DNA of 64,000 bases from Pseudomonadales bacterium (GTDB lineage: Bacteria > Pseudomonadota > Gammaproteobacteria > Pseudomonadales > IMCC2047), in NCBI GenBank assembly GCA_041395865.1, contig JAWKZQ010000003.1:69394-133393 (forward strand), written 5' to 3'. Shown here piece by piece: positions 18,042 through 27,143 of this stretch. Position numbers and translations under genes: made by a program. The notes beneath the pieces are model-generated. The model was not told the DNA's origin and did not search any database. It saw only the letters and a program-made list of their open reading frames with translations. The number at the start of each line of letters is the position of its first letter. Positions within the stretch are counted from its first letter, which is position 1.

Positions 18042-19787
18042 TTATAAGTTACCGGTTGTTGCGGGATGGGTTTTATTGGCAAGCAGGGAGTTTGCCGGCG
18101 CGTCACGCCACTGGATTTGATCATAATCCTTCAAGGTTGCCGGATTTTGCGGGTTGCCTATCCAGCGGGGGTGTTTGACAAACTGTTGCGAAACCAGGCT
18201 ACGGCTGTGGTCCATGCCGTTAAAATCAATGCCGATCATGTCGGGCAGGGTATAAATGAAGTCGGCATTACTGAATGGCCGGTTGGTAAAGTCGCGCCAG
18301 TTGTCGGTGTCGTGCTGGCGTTTGTATTCAGGCGAGGCCCAGACAATAAAGGGAACCGTGTACATGGCTGGTGTCGGTGCGCCCTCGTTGCGACCGCTGA
18401 AGGGCTTTTCAGGGGTATCGTAGACCTCTTCGCCGTGGTCGGAAAAGTAAACGAACAGGGCTTCCTGGTGTTGTGAGCGAAGCTTGTCGATCAGCTGCGA
18501 GACAACGTAGTCATTGTAAAGCACGGCATTGTCGTAGCTGTTGTACTCATCCAGGTCACCCATGTTGAGCCAGATTGGCGAATTAAAGTGGTCGACGAAT
18601 TTATCAAATTCCTCCGGATAGCGGTTTTCGTAACCGCGGTGGGTGCCGAGCAGGTGCACGACAATCATTTGTTTCTTTTTGCCGGACTGATCCAAAGCGT
18701 CCTGGAAGGGGTCTAACACATTGCCGTCAAACTGGTTGGCATTCTGCTCGCGGTTATTGTTCAGGTAGACCTGGTGGTCCGCCATTTGCGACAGCGTCGT
18801 TAACATCGTATTACGGCGGGTTTGCGTTTGCTGATTGGTAATCCAGGTGATTTCGTAACCGGCTTGTTTCATCATGTTGAGCAGGGTCGGGCGTTCAAAA
18901 AAGGCCTGGGGGTGCTCGGAGTCGGCAAAGGACAGGACCTGTTGCAGCGCCTCGATGGTATAGGGTCTTGGTGTGATCACATTATTGAAGACGACCAGTT
19001 CGTCACGCATCGCATCCAGTTGCGGCGTGGTGGGGCGAGGATAGCCATAGAGGCTCATGCGATGCCCATTGGTTGACTCGCCGATGACCAGCACCAGGGT
19101 ATCCGGCAGGCGATTTTCGTCGACGGAAAAACCCGCCAGGGGAGGAAGATCGCTGTTTTGGTTGAGCAGGCGCTCCATGTCCGCCAACTGGTCGCGGTAG
19201 TGCGCGTAACCAACCACCAGGTTCCAGGGTGCAGTGGGTTCCAAGCGTCTTTGCAGGTGGTAGTAAGCCGCTTGCAGGCTTTGGCCTTTGTTTAGCAGGG
19301 TGTTGGTAAAGGGCCAGCTTACGATGAAGATAAAAAGTAACAGGTAAGCATAACGAGACAAGGGTTTGAAGGCCGGCGGGGATATCAGGCGCCACATCAG
19401 GATTGGCGGGATGCTAAAGGCGATAAAAACGAAGGGATACCACCAGCGAAAATAGGAGGCGAGGAACTCGCTGCTTTCGGCGGCATTGGATTCGAAAATA
19501 ATAAAAATGGCGCTTTGGGAAAAGTCCTGCCCGTAGATCAACCAGTAACCCAGCCCTGCCAGCGAGGAGAGCCATAAAATTATCCCGAACAGCCCTGCCA
19601 GGAATTTGGCACGGCTTGGCCACAGCAATAATGGAATCAGCCACAGCACACTCATCAGCAGGCTTTGGCGTATTCCGGTTGTACCTGACATGCCGGTCGA
19701 GTAGACCAGCAGTTGGTAAACGACCGAAAAATAACAGAGGTATAAATAAGCCCAGAGCAGTGGATGCCGTTGCGCAAAGGTTCGCAT
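18042..19787 (-). CDS. phosphoethanolamine transferase, CptA/EptC-like
   Basis: An N-terminal multi-TM domain plus a sulfatase/alkaline-phosphatase domain with LVLVIGESTNGHRMSLYGYPRPTTP and later YFSDHGE. Confidence 0.75.
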   Translation of the reverse strand: MRTFAQRHPLLWAYLYLCYFSVVYQLLVYSTGMSGTTGIRQSLLMSVLWLIPLLLWPSRAKFLAGLFGIILWLSSLAGLGYWLIYGQDFSQSAIFIIFESNAAESSEFLASYFRWWYPFVFIAFSIPPILMWRLISPPAFKPLSRYAYLLLFIFIVSWPFTNTLLNKGQSLQAAYYHLQRRLEPTAPWNLVVGYAHYRDQLADMERLLNQNSDLPPLAGFSVDENRLPDTLVLVIGESTNGHRMSLYGYPRPTTPQLDAMRDELVVFNNVITPRPYTIEALQQVLSFADSEHPQAFFERPTLLNMMKQAGYEITWITNQQTQTRRNTMLTTLSQMADHQVYLNNNREQNANQFDGNVLDPFQDALDQSGKKKQMIVVHLLGTHRGYENRYPEEFDKFVDHFNSPIWLNMGDLDEYNSYDNAVLYNDYVVSQLIDKLRSQHQEALFVYFSDHGEEVYDTPEKPFSGRNEGAPTPAMYTVPFIVWASPEYKRQHDTDNWRDFTNRPFSNADFIYTLPDMIGIDFNGMDHSRSLVSQQFVKHPRWIGNPQNPATLKDYDQIQWRDAPANSLLANKTHPATTGNL

Positions 19788-19835
19788 AGGAGTAACTCAG
19801 CGGTGGTTTAAAGTCCTGCAAGGTAACAGCCGATG

Positions 19836-19852
19836 CTTAAGGCAGCCTTAAG
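19836..19852 (-). promoter_or_regulatory. PmrA/BasR-type box upstream of cptA-like/dgkA
   Basis: Perfect CTTAAG-N5-CTTAAG (CTTAAGgcagcCTTAAG; the hexamer is self-complementary), 49-65 nt upstream of ATG 19787, in the 144-nt gap after eptA. Confidence 0.55.
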
Positions 19853-19931
19853 GTTGGAAAATTTGTCGTTAAAACTGCCTGAATTCACAGGTTTTGGGGG
19901 TTGGCGCAAGGGTTAGAACCAGGCGGTAGGC

Positions 19932-21518
19932 TTACGGGCGCGCCCTGAGGATATCCAGTTCCGGGTTATAGAGTTGCGTTTCAACTTCCATAAAACCCAG
20001 TAGCGTATGCGCGACAAAATCGTGATTGAGGCGTTGCCGGCGTTTGTCTTCGATAACTTGGCGATCTATGTGCATGCCTTTGCCAAACCACATTAGCGCC
20101 GCGACATGTTTCTGTTCATCGGGGGCCAGGGCATAGGGCAGCCCATGCAGGTACACGCCATTTTCGCCAAGTGACTCGCCGTGGTCGCTGACGTAGAAGA
20201 GTGCCGATTCAAAGCCGGGGTTGGCTTTTAATAACTGGATAACCTGCGCAAGAAAGTAGTCTGTGTAGCGCACTACGTTATCGTAGGTATTGCTGATTTC
20301 CTCTGTACCGCAGGCTTCCAGCTGATTGGAACGGCAGGTGGGTGTGAAAACCTCAAAGGCATCTGGATAGCGTTTGTAATAAGCGGGGCCGTGGTTTCCC
20401 ATCTGGTGTAAAACGATCAGGATATCGCCGTCAGGAATACCGTCGATGTAGGCCTGTAAGTCCTTCAGCATCCCGATATCCCGACATTCCACATCGCAAT
20501 CAGGGTTGGTTTCGGGGGCTTTGAAATCCTGGTAAGTGACCCGGTCGGCTGCGCCCTTCGAATTGGAGTTGTTGTCACGCCAGAGAACGTTAACCCCGGC
20601 GTGCTTTAACACATCGAGCACATTGTCGCTGGATTGGAATTCAGCCTTGCTGAAATTCTGCTGCCCCAGGAAGGAGAACATGCAGGGCACTGAAATGGCC
20701 GTTGAGGTACCGCAACTGTAGAAGTTGCTGAAGCTGAACACCTTTTCCTTTTCCAGCAAAGGGTTTGTCGGTTTGCTGTAGCCGTTCAGGGAAAAGCGGT
20801 CGGCGCGCGCCGTTTCCCCCACCACCATGATGATCAGCTCACGGTCTGTATCCGTGTCCGGAATATGAGCGTCCTCGCCCTGTGTTTCAAAGGCCTGGGC
20901 CGTACCGATGGTGACTTGCCGATCCACATATTTTCCGAGGGCGTAGACGTAGGCAAGCGGGTTGGCGTAGTAGCGAACGGCTTTATGCTCCCTGATAAAG
21001 GAGGCATAACTGGCGCTGAAAAGAAACAAGGCGCCGGCAACAACCAGGACAGCGCAAAGCAGTAATACCAGGGTATGGGCCAATTCGCGAGCCAACGACC
21101 GGTACATTATGTTGACCCGGTAAATGAGGATCGCCGGGAGAATACCCAGTAAGCCAACATACAGCAGCAGTTTGCTGCTCAGGAGGTCGGCGGATTCGTT
21201 AACGTCCGTCTCGAAAATATTTTGCAGCATACTATCGTCGATCAGGGTGCCGTAGCTATCCATGAAATAACTGGCCAGAGACGAAAGCAAAACGATCAGG
21301 ATAAGCAGTGGCTTGGTTGTATATTTTGTGGTGAAAAGATAGAGCAGGGCGCAGGTTGCCCCCACCAGGAGCAAAAAAACAGAGCCAATGAAAGGAATGT
21401 GCTCGCTGGTGAAGGGGTAAATTGCCAACAGCTTTTCGAAAAAAGTCGCGTTAAAAAAGATCGCCAGAAAAAAACTAATGATTAATACCAGCTGCTGTTG
21501 GCTGAGACGTATTTTCAT
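19932..21518 (-). CDS. eptA: phosphoethanolamine--lipid A transferase (EptA/PmrC, MCR-like)
   Basis: Five N-terminal TM helices, then VVGETARADRFSLNGYSKPTNP and CGTSTAISVPCMFS (catalytic Thr context as in EptA/MCR-1), then HQMGNHGPAYYKRYP and YVSDHGESLGE. Start set at MKIRLSQQQL (ATG 21518). Confidence 0.9.
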   Translation of the reverse strand: MKIRLSQQQLVLIISFFLAIFFNATFFEKLLAIYPFTSEHIPFIGSVFLLLVGATCALLYLFTTKYTTKPLLILIVLLSSLASYFMDSYGTLIDDSMLQNIFETDVNESADLLSSKLLLYVGLLGILPAILIYRVNIMYRSLARELAHTLVLLLCAVLVVAGALFLFSASYASFIREHKAVRYYANPLAYVYALGKYVDRQVTIGTAQAFETQGEDAHIPDTDTDRELIIMVVGETARADRFSLNGYSKPTNPLLEKEKVFSFSNFYSCGTSTAISVPCMFSFLGQQNFSKAEFQSSDNVLDVLKHAGVNVLWRDNNSNSKGAADRVTYQDFKAPETNPDCDVECRDIGMLKDLQAYIDGIPDGDILIVLHQMGNHGPAYYKRYPDAFEVFTPTCRSNQLEACGTEEISNTYDNVVRYTDYFLAQVIQLLKANPGFESALFYVSDHGESLGENGVYLHGLPYALAPDEQKHVAALMWFGKGMHIDRQVIEDKRRQRLNHDFVAHTLLGFMEVETQLYNPELDILRARP

Positions 21519-21597
21519 AACGCTTATCAGGGGTTCTCGGGGTGGCAATTGACGGTCATCGCTGGCGGTGAATGAGGTTTTGCTAAACAAGTGCTGC

Positions 21598-22701
21598 TCA
21601 GTTTTGTCGTTGGATTTTTCGTTTGAATGGGTTGAAAACCTTGCGGTGAATATTCAAGAGCACCAGTCCACCCAGGCCCAGAAACAGCAAATGCACCCAC
21701 CATAAACCCAGCCACGGATTTATGGTGTTTTGTTCCACAGCGGTTTTCATGTTGGACAGGAGAATCAGGTAGGTGAAATAGAAAACCATTGCCGGGATCA
21801 GGAAATAAAAGCGGCCCTGCCTTGGGTTTACGCGGCTGAGGGGAATGCCCAGTATCGAGATAATGGGGACTAAAAGCGGCAATGAAATGCGCCATTGCAA
21901 TTCGGCCATTTCACTTGAATCATGCGGGGAGAACAGGTCCGCTGTGGGCATGCCCCGTACGCTTTTAGTTTTTACTTCTTTTGGCGGTTCGGCGAGCTTG
22001 ATGCCAAAGGTATCGAACTGTGTCACCCGGTAGTCCTGATGTCCCGGTTTCCCTTCGTATCGAAATCCGTGCTCCAAAACCAGGTATTTCGAGCGTGTCT
22101 TTGCATCCACCTCCAGGTGCCCCTGTTCGGCGACGATCTGGTAGCCAGGCTTTTGCGGGCTGTCATCCTTTGCGATAAAAACCTCACTCATGACTTCACG
22201 GTCATCGGTGAGTGTCTCGGTATAGAGTGACAGGCCGCTTTTTCCCAGTTCGGAAAAGCGGCCGGCCCTTATGCTGTCGAAAACAGTACGGTTAGAGTTT
22301 TGAATAAATAACTCGTCGACTTTTCTCAGGCCCAGCGGAGCGAGAAATAAACTCAGGGTTGCAACGACCAGGGTGATGAGCGTAATCGACGCGGCGATAT
22401 AAAGCGAAAGCTTCCGGATGCCTATACCCGTCGAAAAAAACACCGACATTTCGTTATCGATGTACATTCGGCCTAAAACCAGCAGGATTGCCAACAGCAG
22501 GCTGATGGGCAGAACCATCAGAAGAATGTCGGGTAAACGATAGGCAATTAAATTAAATAAAAAACCAAAGGCGATTTCGCCGCTGGCCACGTCGTTAATG
22601 TAGCGAACCAGGCGGCTTGTCAGGAGAACCAGCACCAGCACAAAAGCGATGACAAGCAGGGTTACCAGTAGCTGTTTGTTGATGTATTTGAAGATGATCA
22701 T
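21598..22701 (-). CDS. lptF: LptF-like LPS export ABC permease (YjgP/YjgQ family)
   Basis: N-terminus MIIFKYINKQLL......, with 3+3 TM helices around a periplasmic beta-jellyroll-sized insert, similar to E. coli LptF. No lptG partner is adjacent. Confidence 0.8.
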   Translation of the reverse strand: MIIFKYINKQLLVTLLVIAFVLVLVLLTSRLVRYINDVASGEIAFGFLFNLIAYRLPDILLMVLPISLLLAILLVLGRMYIDNEMSVFFSTGIGIRKLSLYIAASITLITLVVATLSLFLAPLGLRKVDELFIQNSNRTVFDSIRAGRFSELGKSGLSLYTETLTDDREVMSEVFIAKDDSPQKPGYQIVAEQGHLEVDAKTRSKYLVLEHGFRYEGKPGHQDYRVTQFDTFGIKLAEPPKEVKTKSVRGMPTADLFSPHDSSEMAELQWRISLPLLVPIISILGIPLSRVNPRQGRFYFLIPAMVFYFTYLILLSNMKTAVEQNTINPWLGLWWVHLLFLGLGGLVLLNIHRKVFNPFKRKIQRQN

Positions 22702-22821
22702 CTGTTATTCAAGCAGGGCCGGCTCAAAGCGGGCCGGGTTGCCCCGTAAACCTCGATTGGTTTGTTTGACTGTCGTTTCTGTTAAACGTGGCGGCTGCCC
22801 AGGTTTGCTGCTGCCTGCCGC

Positions 22822-24849
22822 TCATTGCTTACCGATAACCTCCTCGGACTTTTCGATGTCATCGATCGCAGCCGTTTGCAGGTTAGGGGTGTCCAGCCTG
22901 TACAGTTGTTGTTCGTAGGTCATGGATGACCAGCTGGCATGAGCCAGCGCTTTTTCAGGCAGTTCTTTATTGTTTGAACCGGTGGGTATCAGCTGACTCT
23001 CCCGATACGCGAACTCTGCAATAGGTAGATCCTTCCTGAGTATTGCCAGGTGGCCGCCTTCCATATAAGCCTGGGTTGCGTTGTATTGCATGATGGCGCG
23101 TCCGGCCTGGGCCTGCATGCCGGGCAGGGTCAGGTCGTGACCGATCATGGGATGAACCGAAGAGATGCCAATCAGGGAAAGCAGGGTGGGGGGCAGGTCA
23201 ATTTGGCTTGCCACCGGTTTGAATACCCCAGGCTCAATGGTTCCCCCCATAATCAGGCCGGGAATATGGAAATACTCGACAGGCACCAGTTCGGCACCGC
23301 GCACCCGCGAATTGTGATCGGCCACGATAATAAACACGGTGTTGTCCCAATAGTTCGATTGCCGTGCTTTCTCAATAAATTGTCCCAGCGCGTAGTCGGC
23401 ATATTTGACGGCGTTGTTGACCGTATGCTTCTCCGAGCCCTCCAGTTCGATACGATTATCCGGGAATTCGTAGGGCGAGTGATTGGACGAACTGAACACT
23501 AGACTGAAAAAAGGACGGTCGCCTGATTGGCTGAACTCTTCATGGGCGCGGTTGAACAGGTCCTCGTCGGAGACACCCCAGGAACCGGTGAAAACCGGGT
23601 TCACGTAGTCGTCCTGGTCGATTACTGAATCAAAGCCGTTGTTTACGAAGAAGCGTCCCATGTTATCGAACTGGGCTTCGCCACCGTAGATAAAACTCGT
23701 CCGGTAGCCTTGCTGACCCAGAAGCTGGGCGATGGTAAAAAAGTTTTTTTGCGATTTACCAAGTTTAACCACACTGCGTGCGGCGGTTGGCGTAAAACCG
23801 GTGATAACGGCTTCGATGCCGCGCACCGAGCGCGTGCCGGTGGCGTAAAGGTTTTCAAACCAAAGGCCTTCGCTGGCCAGGCGGTCGAGGTTGGGCGTCA
23901 GATCTAAACCACCCAGTGAGCCGACAAATTCAGCGCCCAGGCTTTCCTCAAGGATAATAACCAGGTTGAGTGGCCGGGGGTAGGTCCGTGTTGCCTGTTG
24001 GTGGTGAAGTGTGGGCAGCTGGGCCGAGACAAAATCATCGGCATGCACTTTCATTTGGCTGCGCACCCGCTCAATGGTTTCCTCCGGCGCCATCGCGCCA
24101 TAGTTCATGCCCCCTTCGGGTTCGTGGCGCATTTCATACATGGCGTACAGGGCGGTGTAGGCCGAATTCAACGCCAGGTCGTTGGCCATTGGGTCGGTGG
24201 ACAGGGCCACTGTGCTGGGGTTTACCGGGCGGTGATCCAGGGTGGAGCGAATCGCGCCGGCACAGGCCAGCAGTAAGAATGGCGTGATAACCAGCGCGCT
24301 CAATAGGGAAACCGGGTGGAGGTTGGCGGTTAACCCTTTTAACTTGGTACTCACCTGCCAGGCGATAAAAGCACACAACAGAATGGCCAGCGTGAGCGGT
24401 AGTTTCTGTGTTGCCAGCAGGGTCGAGCCGACTTCAATCGGATGATTCAGGTATTCGACAAACAGAATGTTGGGGCGGGCATCGAACTGATTAATAAAGG
24501 AGGGTGTGCTGCACTCCATGAAGGTCAGCAGAACAGCCACCGTGGGTAAATAAAACGTTAAAAAAACCTTCCAAACTTTCAATAAGGGCCGACTGGTTGC
24601 AAGCGGGAGTAACAGCAGGGTTGGGAAAAGCATCACGATGCCGACCATGACCATGTCGAAACGCAGTCCCTGAATAAAGATGTTTGCCAGCATGTCTGCG
24701 TCGATGACCCGTTGCCATTGCCAGGCAACCAGTGCCAGGCGTGACAGGGTTAGCAGGCCGAGCATAAAGAGGCAAAAAAGCGCAAGTGGTTTAAGGCAGG
24801 TCCATAGGCTGGATCTGCGGGACTGAATTGGCTGGTCTTGTCGAGTCAA
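22822..24849 (-). CDS. LTA-synthase/sulfatase-family membrane transferase (OpgB/phosphoglycerol-transferase-like)
   Basis: An N-terminal ~5-TM domain plus an extracytoplasmic sulfatase domain (NLVIILEESLGAEF, YATGTRSVRGIEAVITG, ADHN). TTG start at 24849. Confidence 0.8.
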   Translation of the reverse strand: MTRQDQPIQSRRSSLWTCLKPLALFCLFMLGLLTLSRLALVAWQWQRVIDADMLANIFIQGLRFDMVMVGIVMLFPTLLLLPLATSRPLLKVWKVFLTFYLPTVAVLLTFMECSTPSFINQFDARPNILFVEYLNHPIEVGSTLLATQKLPLTLAILLCAFIAWQVSTKLKGLTANLHPVSLLSALVITPFLLLACAGAIRSTLDHRPVNPSTVALSTDPMANDLALNSAYTALYAMYEMRHEPEGGMNYGAMAPEETIERVRSQMKVHADDFVSAQLPTLHHQQATRTYPRPLNLVIILEESLGAEFVGSLGGLDLTPNLDRLASEGLWFENLYATGTRSVRGIEAVITGFTPTAARSVVKLGKSQKNFFTIAQLLGQQGYRTSFIYGGEAQFDNMGRFFVNNGFDSVIDQDDYVNPVFTGSWGVSDEDLFNRAHEEFSQSGDRPFFSLVFSSSNHSPYEFPDNRIELEGSEKHTVNNAVKYADYALGQFIEKARQSNYWDNTVFIIVADHNSRVRGAELVPVEYFHIPGLIMGGTIEPGVFKPVASQIDLPPTLLSLIGISSVHPMIGHDLTLPGMQAQAGRAIMQYNATQAYMEGGHLAILRKDLPIAEFAYRESQLIPTGSNNKELPEKALAHASWSSMTYEQQLYRLDTPNLQTAAIDDIEKSEEVIGKQ

Positions 24850-24904
24850 GGCTTTTTCCGGAGGTTTGGGTTAATGGCAACCCATATAAGCTTACAGACC
24901 AAAC

Positions 24905-24932
24905 CTTAAGGGATTCTTAACAGCGTATTAAG
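24905..24932. promoter_or_regulatory. triple PmrA/BasR-type half-site array in a divergent promoter region
   Basis: The plus strand reads CTTAAG-ggatt-CTTAAC-agcgt-ATTAAG: three hexamers at 11-bp periodicity. In minus orientation it reads CTTAAT-N5-GTTAAG-N5-CTTAAG, followed 16 nt later by TATATG. It lies 56-83 nt upstream of TTG 24849. Confidence 0.55.
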
Positions 24933-24956
24933 AATGCCTCTCGCAGAAATTACCAA

Positions 24957-24979
24957 GGGTGCGACAACGTGTCACACCC
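24957..24979. promoter_or_regulatory. 10-3-10 imperfect palindrome (candidate operator) upstream of the TonB-dependent receptor gene
   Basis: GGGTGCGACA-acg-TGTCACACCC with one mismatch between arms. It ends 19 nt before a perfect TATAAT at 24999-25004 and so overlaps the -35 position. Confidence 0.4.
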
Positions 24980-25041
24980 CAAGCTGTTTTTTCGTTTTTA
25001 TAATACCCGCAATTTTAATAAGGCTTAAGGGAGCATTTTTA

Positions 25042-27063
25042 ATGGATAAGCGGGTTGCAAAAGCTTTTTTTCTTGCCGCATTGGCTGGTAATGCCAGTGC
25101 AGCGCATGACGGTATGGTTATCGAGATTACATCGGGCCTGCCGCAGGTAAAATCGAAGACTCAGTCGGAGACAACGGCTGTTCGGGCATCGCCATCGACG
25201 GATGGCGGGGATTTGCTGCAAAGTCTGCCCGGCGTGTCCGGTATTCGTATGGGGGGGCGCGCCATTGATCCCGTCATTCGCGGACAGAGCCAGACGCAGT
25301 TGAATGTTTTGCTTGATGGCGCGACTATCCATAATGCCTGCCCTAACCGTATGGACCCGCCGACGGCCTATACCTCCGTAGATAGCTACGATTTTGTGAC
25401 CGTAATCAAGGGGAACCGCACCGTTCAGTACGGTGCCGGCGGTTCCGGCGGCACGGTGCTGTTTGAGCGGCGTTGGCCTGAGTTTGACGAAAAGGGTTAT
25501 GAAGGCGACTTAACCGGCAGTTATCACGAAAATGGCGAGCGTTACGAGTTAGGGGCAGATCTGGCGGCCGGCTCGGACCAGGGCTATGTGCGTTTTATCA
25601 GTCACAAGGCGTCAGGTAACAATTACGAGGACGGCGATGGCAACGAGGTGCGTTCTTCCTACGAAAGCCTGACCAATGTATTTATCGCGGGGCTGCAACT
25701 GGGCAGTTACAGCCGCCTGGAAGCCAGTTACGAGAAAGCCGAAGAGGAGGATGTACTCTTTGCTGGCGCAGGCATGGACAGCCCCTTTGCCGATGCGGAA
25801 ACCACTCGTTTGAAACTGGTTCACCAGTTCCAATCCGATGTCGTCCAGGAAATGAAGCTGGAGCTCTACCGTTCTGAAGTCGATCACCTGATGGATAACT
25901 ATTCCCTGCGTCCCGCGGGCATGATGTTGCGGCAGGCGCCATCCACCTCGGACACCGACGGATTGCGGCTGGTTTTTGATGCCCGCCTGATGGCCATGGA
26001 CTGGAAAATAGGGTTCGACATGCAAAATAACGAGCGTGATGCCGAATTGCAGGACCAGACTGGCGCGGTGCTGCGCTTGTTATGGCCCGGCGCCGAGATT
26101 GATCAACGGGGCCTGTTCGTTGAGGGACAAAAAAACCTGGGTGTTGACGATGTGCTGAAAGCGGGTGTGCGTTACGACCGTATCAGTGCGCAAGCGACAC
26201 GCAGCGACGAAGTCAATGCGGGACTCTCCCCCCAGCAGATTTGGTCGATGGCAGGTGCGCCTGCCGAAGGCGGGGATGAAAAAAATGAGGACAACGTCGG
26301 CGGCTTTTTGAACTGGACACACCGGATCAACGACCATTACGCCGTCGATGCGGTACTGTCGCGCAGTGTTCGGACAGCCGATGCGACTGAACGTTACATG
26401 GCCCGGACGACAATGACGAGTGACTGGATCGGCAACCCGGAGCTTGATCCGGAAAAGCATCACCAGTTTGAGGTTAGCCTGCGTAATAAACAGGGGAAGA
26501 CAAGCTGGGGAGCGACGGCCTGGTATAACCGTGTTGACGACTACATCCTGAGGCAAACTGTTGCCGCAGGCATGAAGGAGCGGGATATTTACCGCAATGT
26601 CTCTGCTGAACTCTACGGGGCCGAGTTTGAGGTTAAACACCGTATCAGCGCTAACTGGATTGTTGGCAGTACACTGGTCCTGACGGAAGGGAACAATCGG
26701 GATGATGATACGCCGCTATCTCGGATTGCTCCGCTGGAACTGACTACCTCGCTGGATTATGAGCAGGACAGCCTGAAGGCGGGTGTGGTATGGCGACTGG
26801 TGGATAGCCAGAATGATGTTTGTTTAAGCGGTTCGGTCAACTGCGGTGGCCAGGATGTGCGTAAAACGCCGGGTTACGGTGTTGTGGATGCGCATGCGGA
26901 ATACGCTTTCGATAACGGTTTTAAGCTGCTGGCCGGGGTCGACAACCTGTTCGATAAAGCCTACACCCTGCATGAAAGCCGCGACGATACGGTTAACCCG
27001 GAGCCCTTCCAGGTGGCCGAACCCGGCAGAAGCGTCTGGGTAAGGATGAGCAAGGACTTCTAA
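25042..27063 (+). CDS. TonB-dependent receptor, OprC/NosA copper-receptor-like
   Basis: Start at ATG 25042 after AAGGGAG. Signal peptide (FFLAALAGNASA), plug motifs (DPVIRGQSQTQLNVLLDG, ACPNRMDPPTAY), a barrel and a C-terminal ...VWVRMSKDF. The copper assignment rests only on my recollection of the CPNRMDPP motif in that subfamily. Confidence 0.8.
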   Translation: MDKRVAKAFFLAALAGNASAAHDGMVIEITSGLPQVKSKTQSETTAVRASPSTDGGDLLQSLPGVSGIRMGGRAIDPVIRGQSQTQLNVLLDGATIHNACPNRMDPPTAYTSVDSYDFVTVIKGNRTVQYGAGGSGGTVLFERRWPEFDEKGYEGDLTGSYHENGERYELGADLAAGSDQGYVRFISHKASGNNYEDGDGNEVRSSYESLTNVFIAGLQLGSYSRLEASYEKAEEEDVLFAGAGMDSPFADAETTRLKLVHQFQSDVVQEMKLELYRSEVDHLMDNYSLRPAGMMLRQAPSTSDTDGLRLVFDARLMAMDWKIGFDMQNNERDAELQDQTGAVLRLLWPGAEIDQRGLFVEGQKNLGVDDVLKAGVRYDRISAQATRSDEVNAGLSPQQIWSMAGAPAEGGDEKNEDNVGGFLNWTHRINDHYAVDAVLSRSVRTADATERYMARTTMTSDWIGNPELDPEKHHQFEVSLRNKQGKTSWGATAWYNRVDDYILRQTVAAGMKERDIYRNVSAELYGAEFEVKHRISANWIVGSTLVLTEGNNRDDDTPLSRIAPLELTTSLDYEQDSLKAGVVWRLVDSQNDVCLSGSVNCGGQDVRKTPGYGVVDAHAEYAFDNGFKLLAGVDNLFDKAYTLHESRDDTVNPEPFQVAEPGRSVWVRMSKDF

Positions 27064-27077
27064 CGGAGCTTTACCGA

Positions 27078-27106
27078 GGGCGGGTTGTCATTGTTGCAAC
27101 CCGCCC
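27078..27106 (+). terminator. stem-loop after the receptor gene
   Basis: GGGCGGGTTG-(9 nt)-CAACCCGCCC, 15 nt after the stop. There is no clear U-tract, so intrinsic terminator function is uncertain. Confidence 0.35.
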
Positions 27107-27143
27107 TAGTGCGTCGTGAGCGAATCTCAGTTATGCTCACGCT

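Noticed and set aside
25017-25034. Possible fourth PmrA-type site, TTTAAT-aagg-CTTAAG, next to the receptor start codon
   Set aside because: The spacer is 4 nt rather than 5, and the site overlaps the RBS (AAGGGAG). The single CTTAAG at 10504-10509 lies inside coding sequence. Neither was counted as a site.
26080-26640. 186-aa minus-strand ORF (also 25612-26025 and 25039-25332)
   Set aside because: It is antisense to the TonB-dependent receptor gene. No supporting signals.
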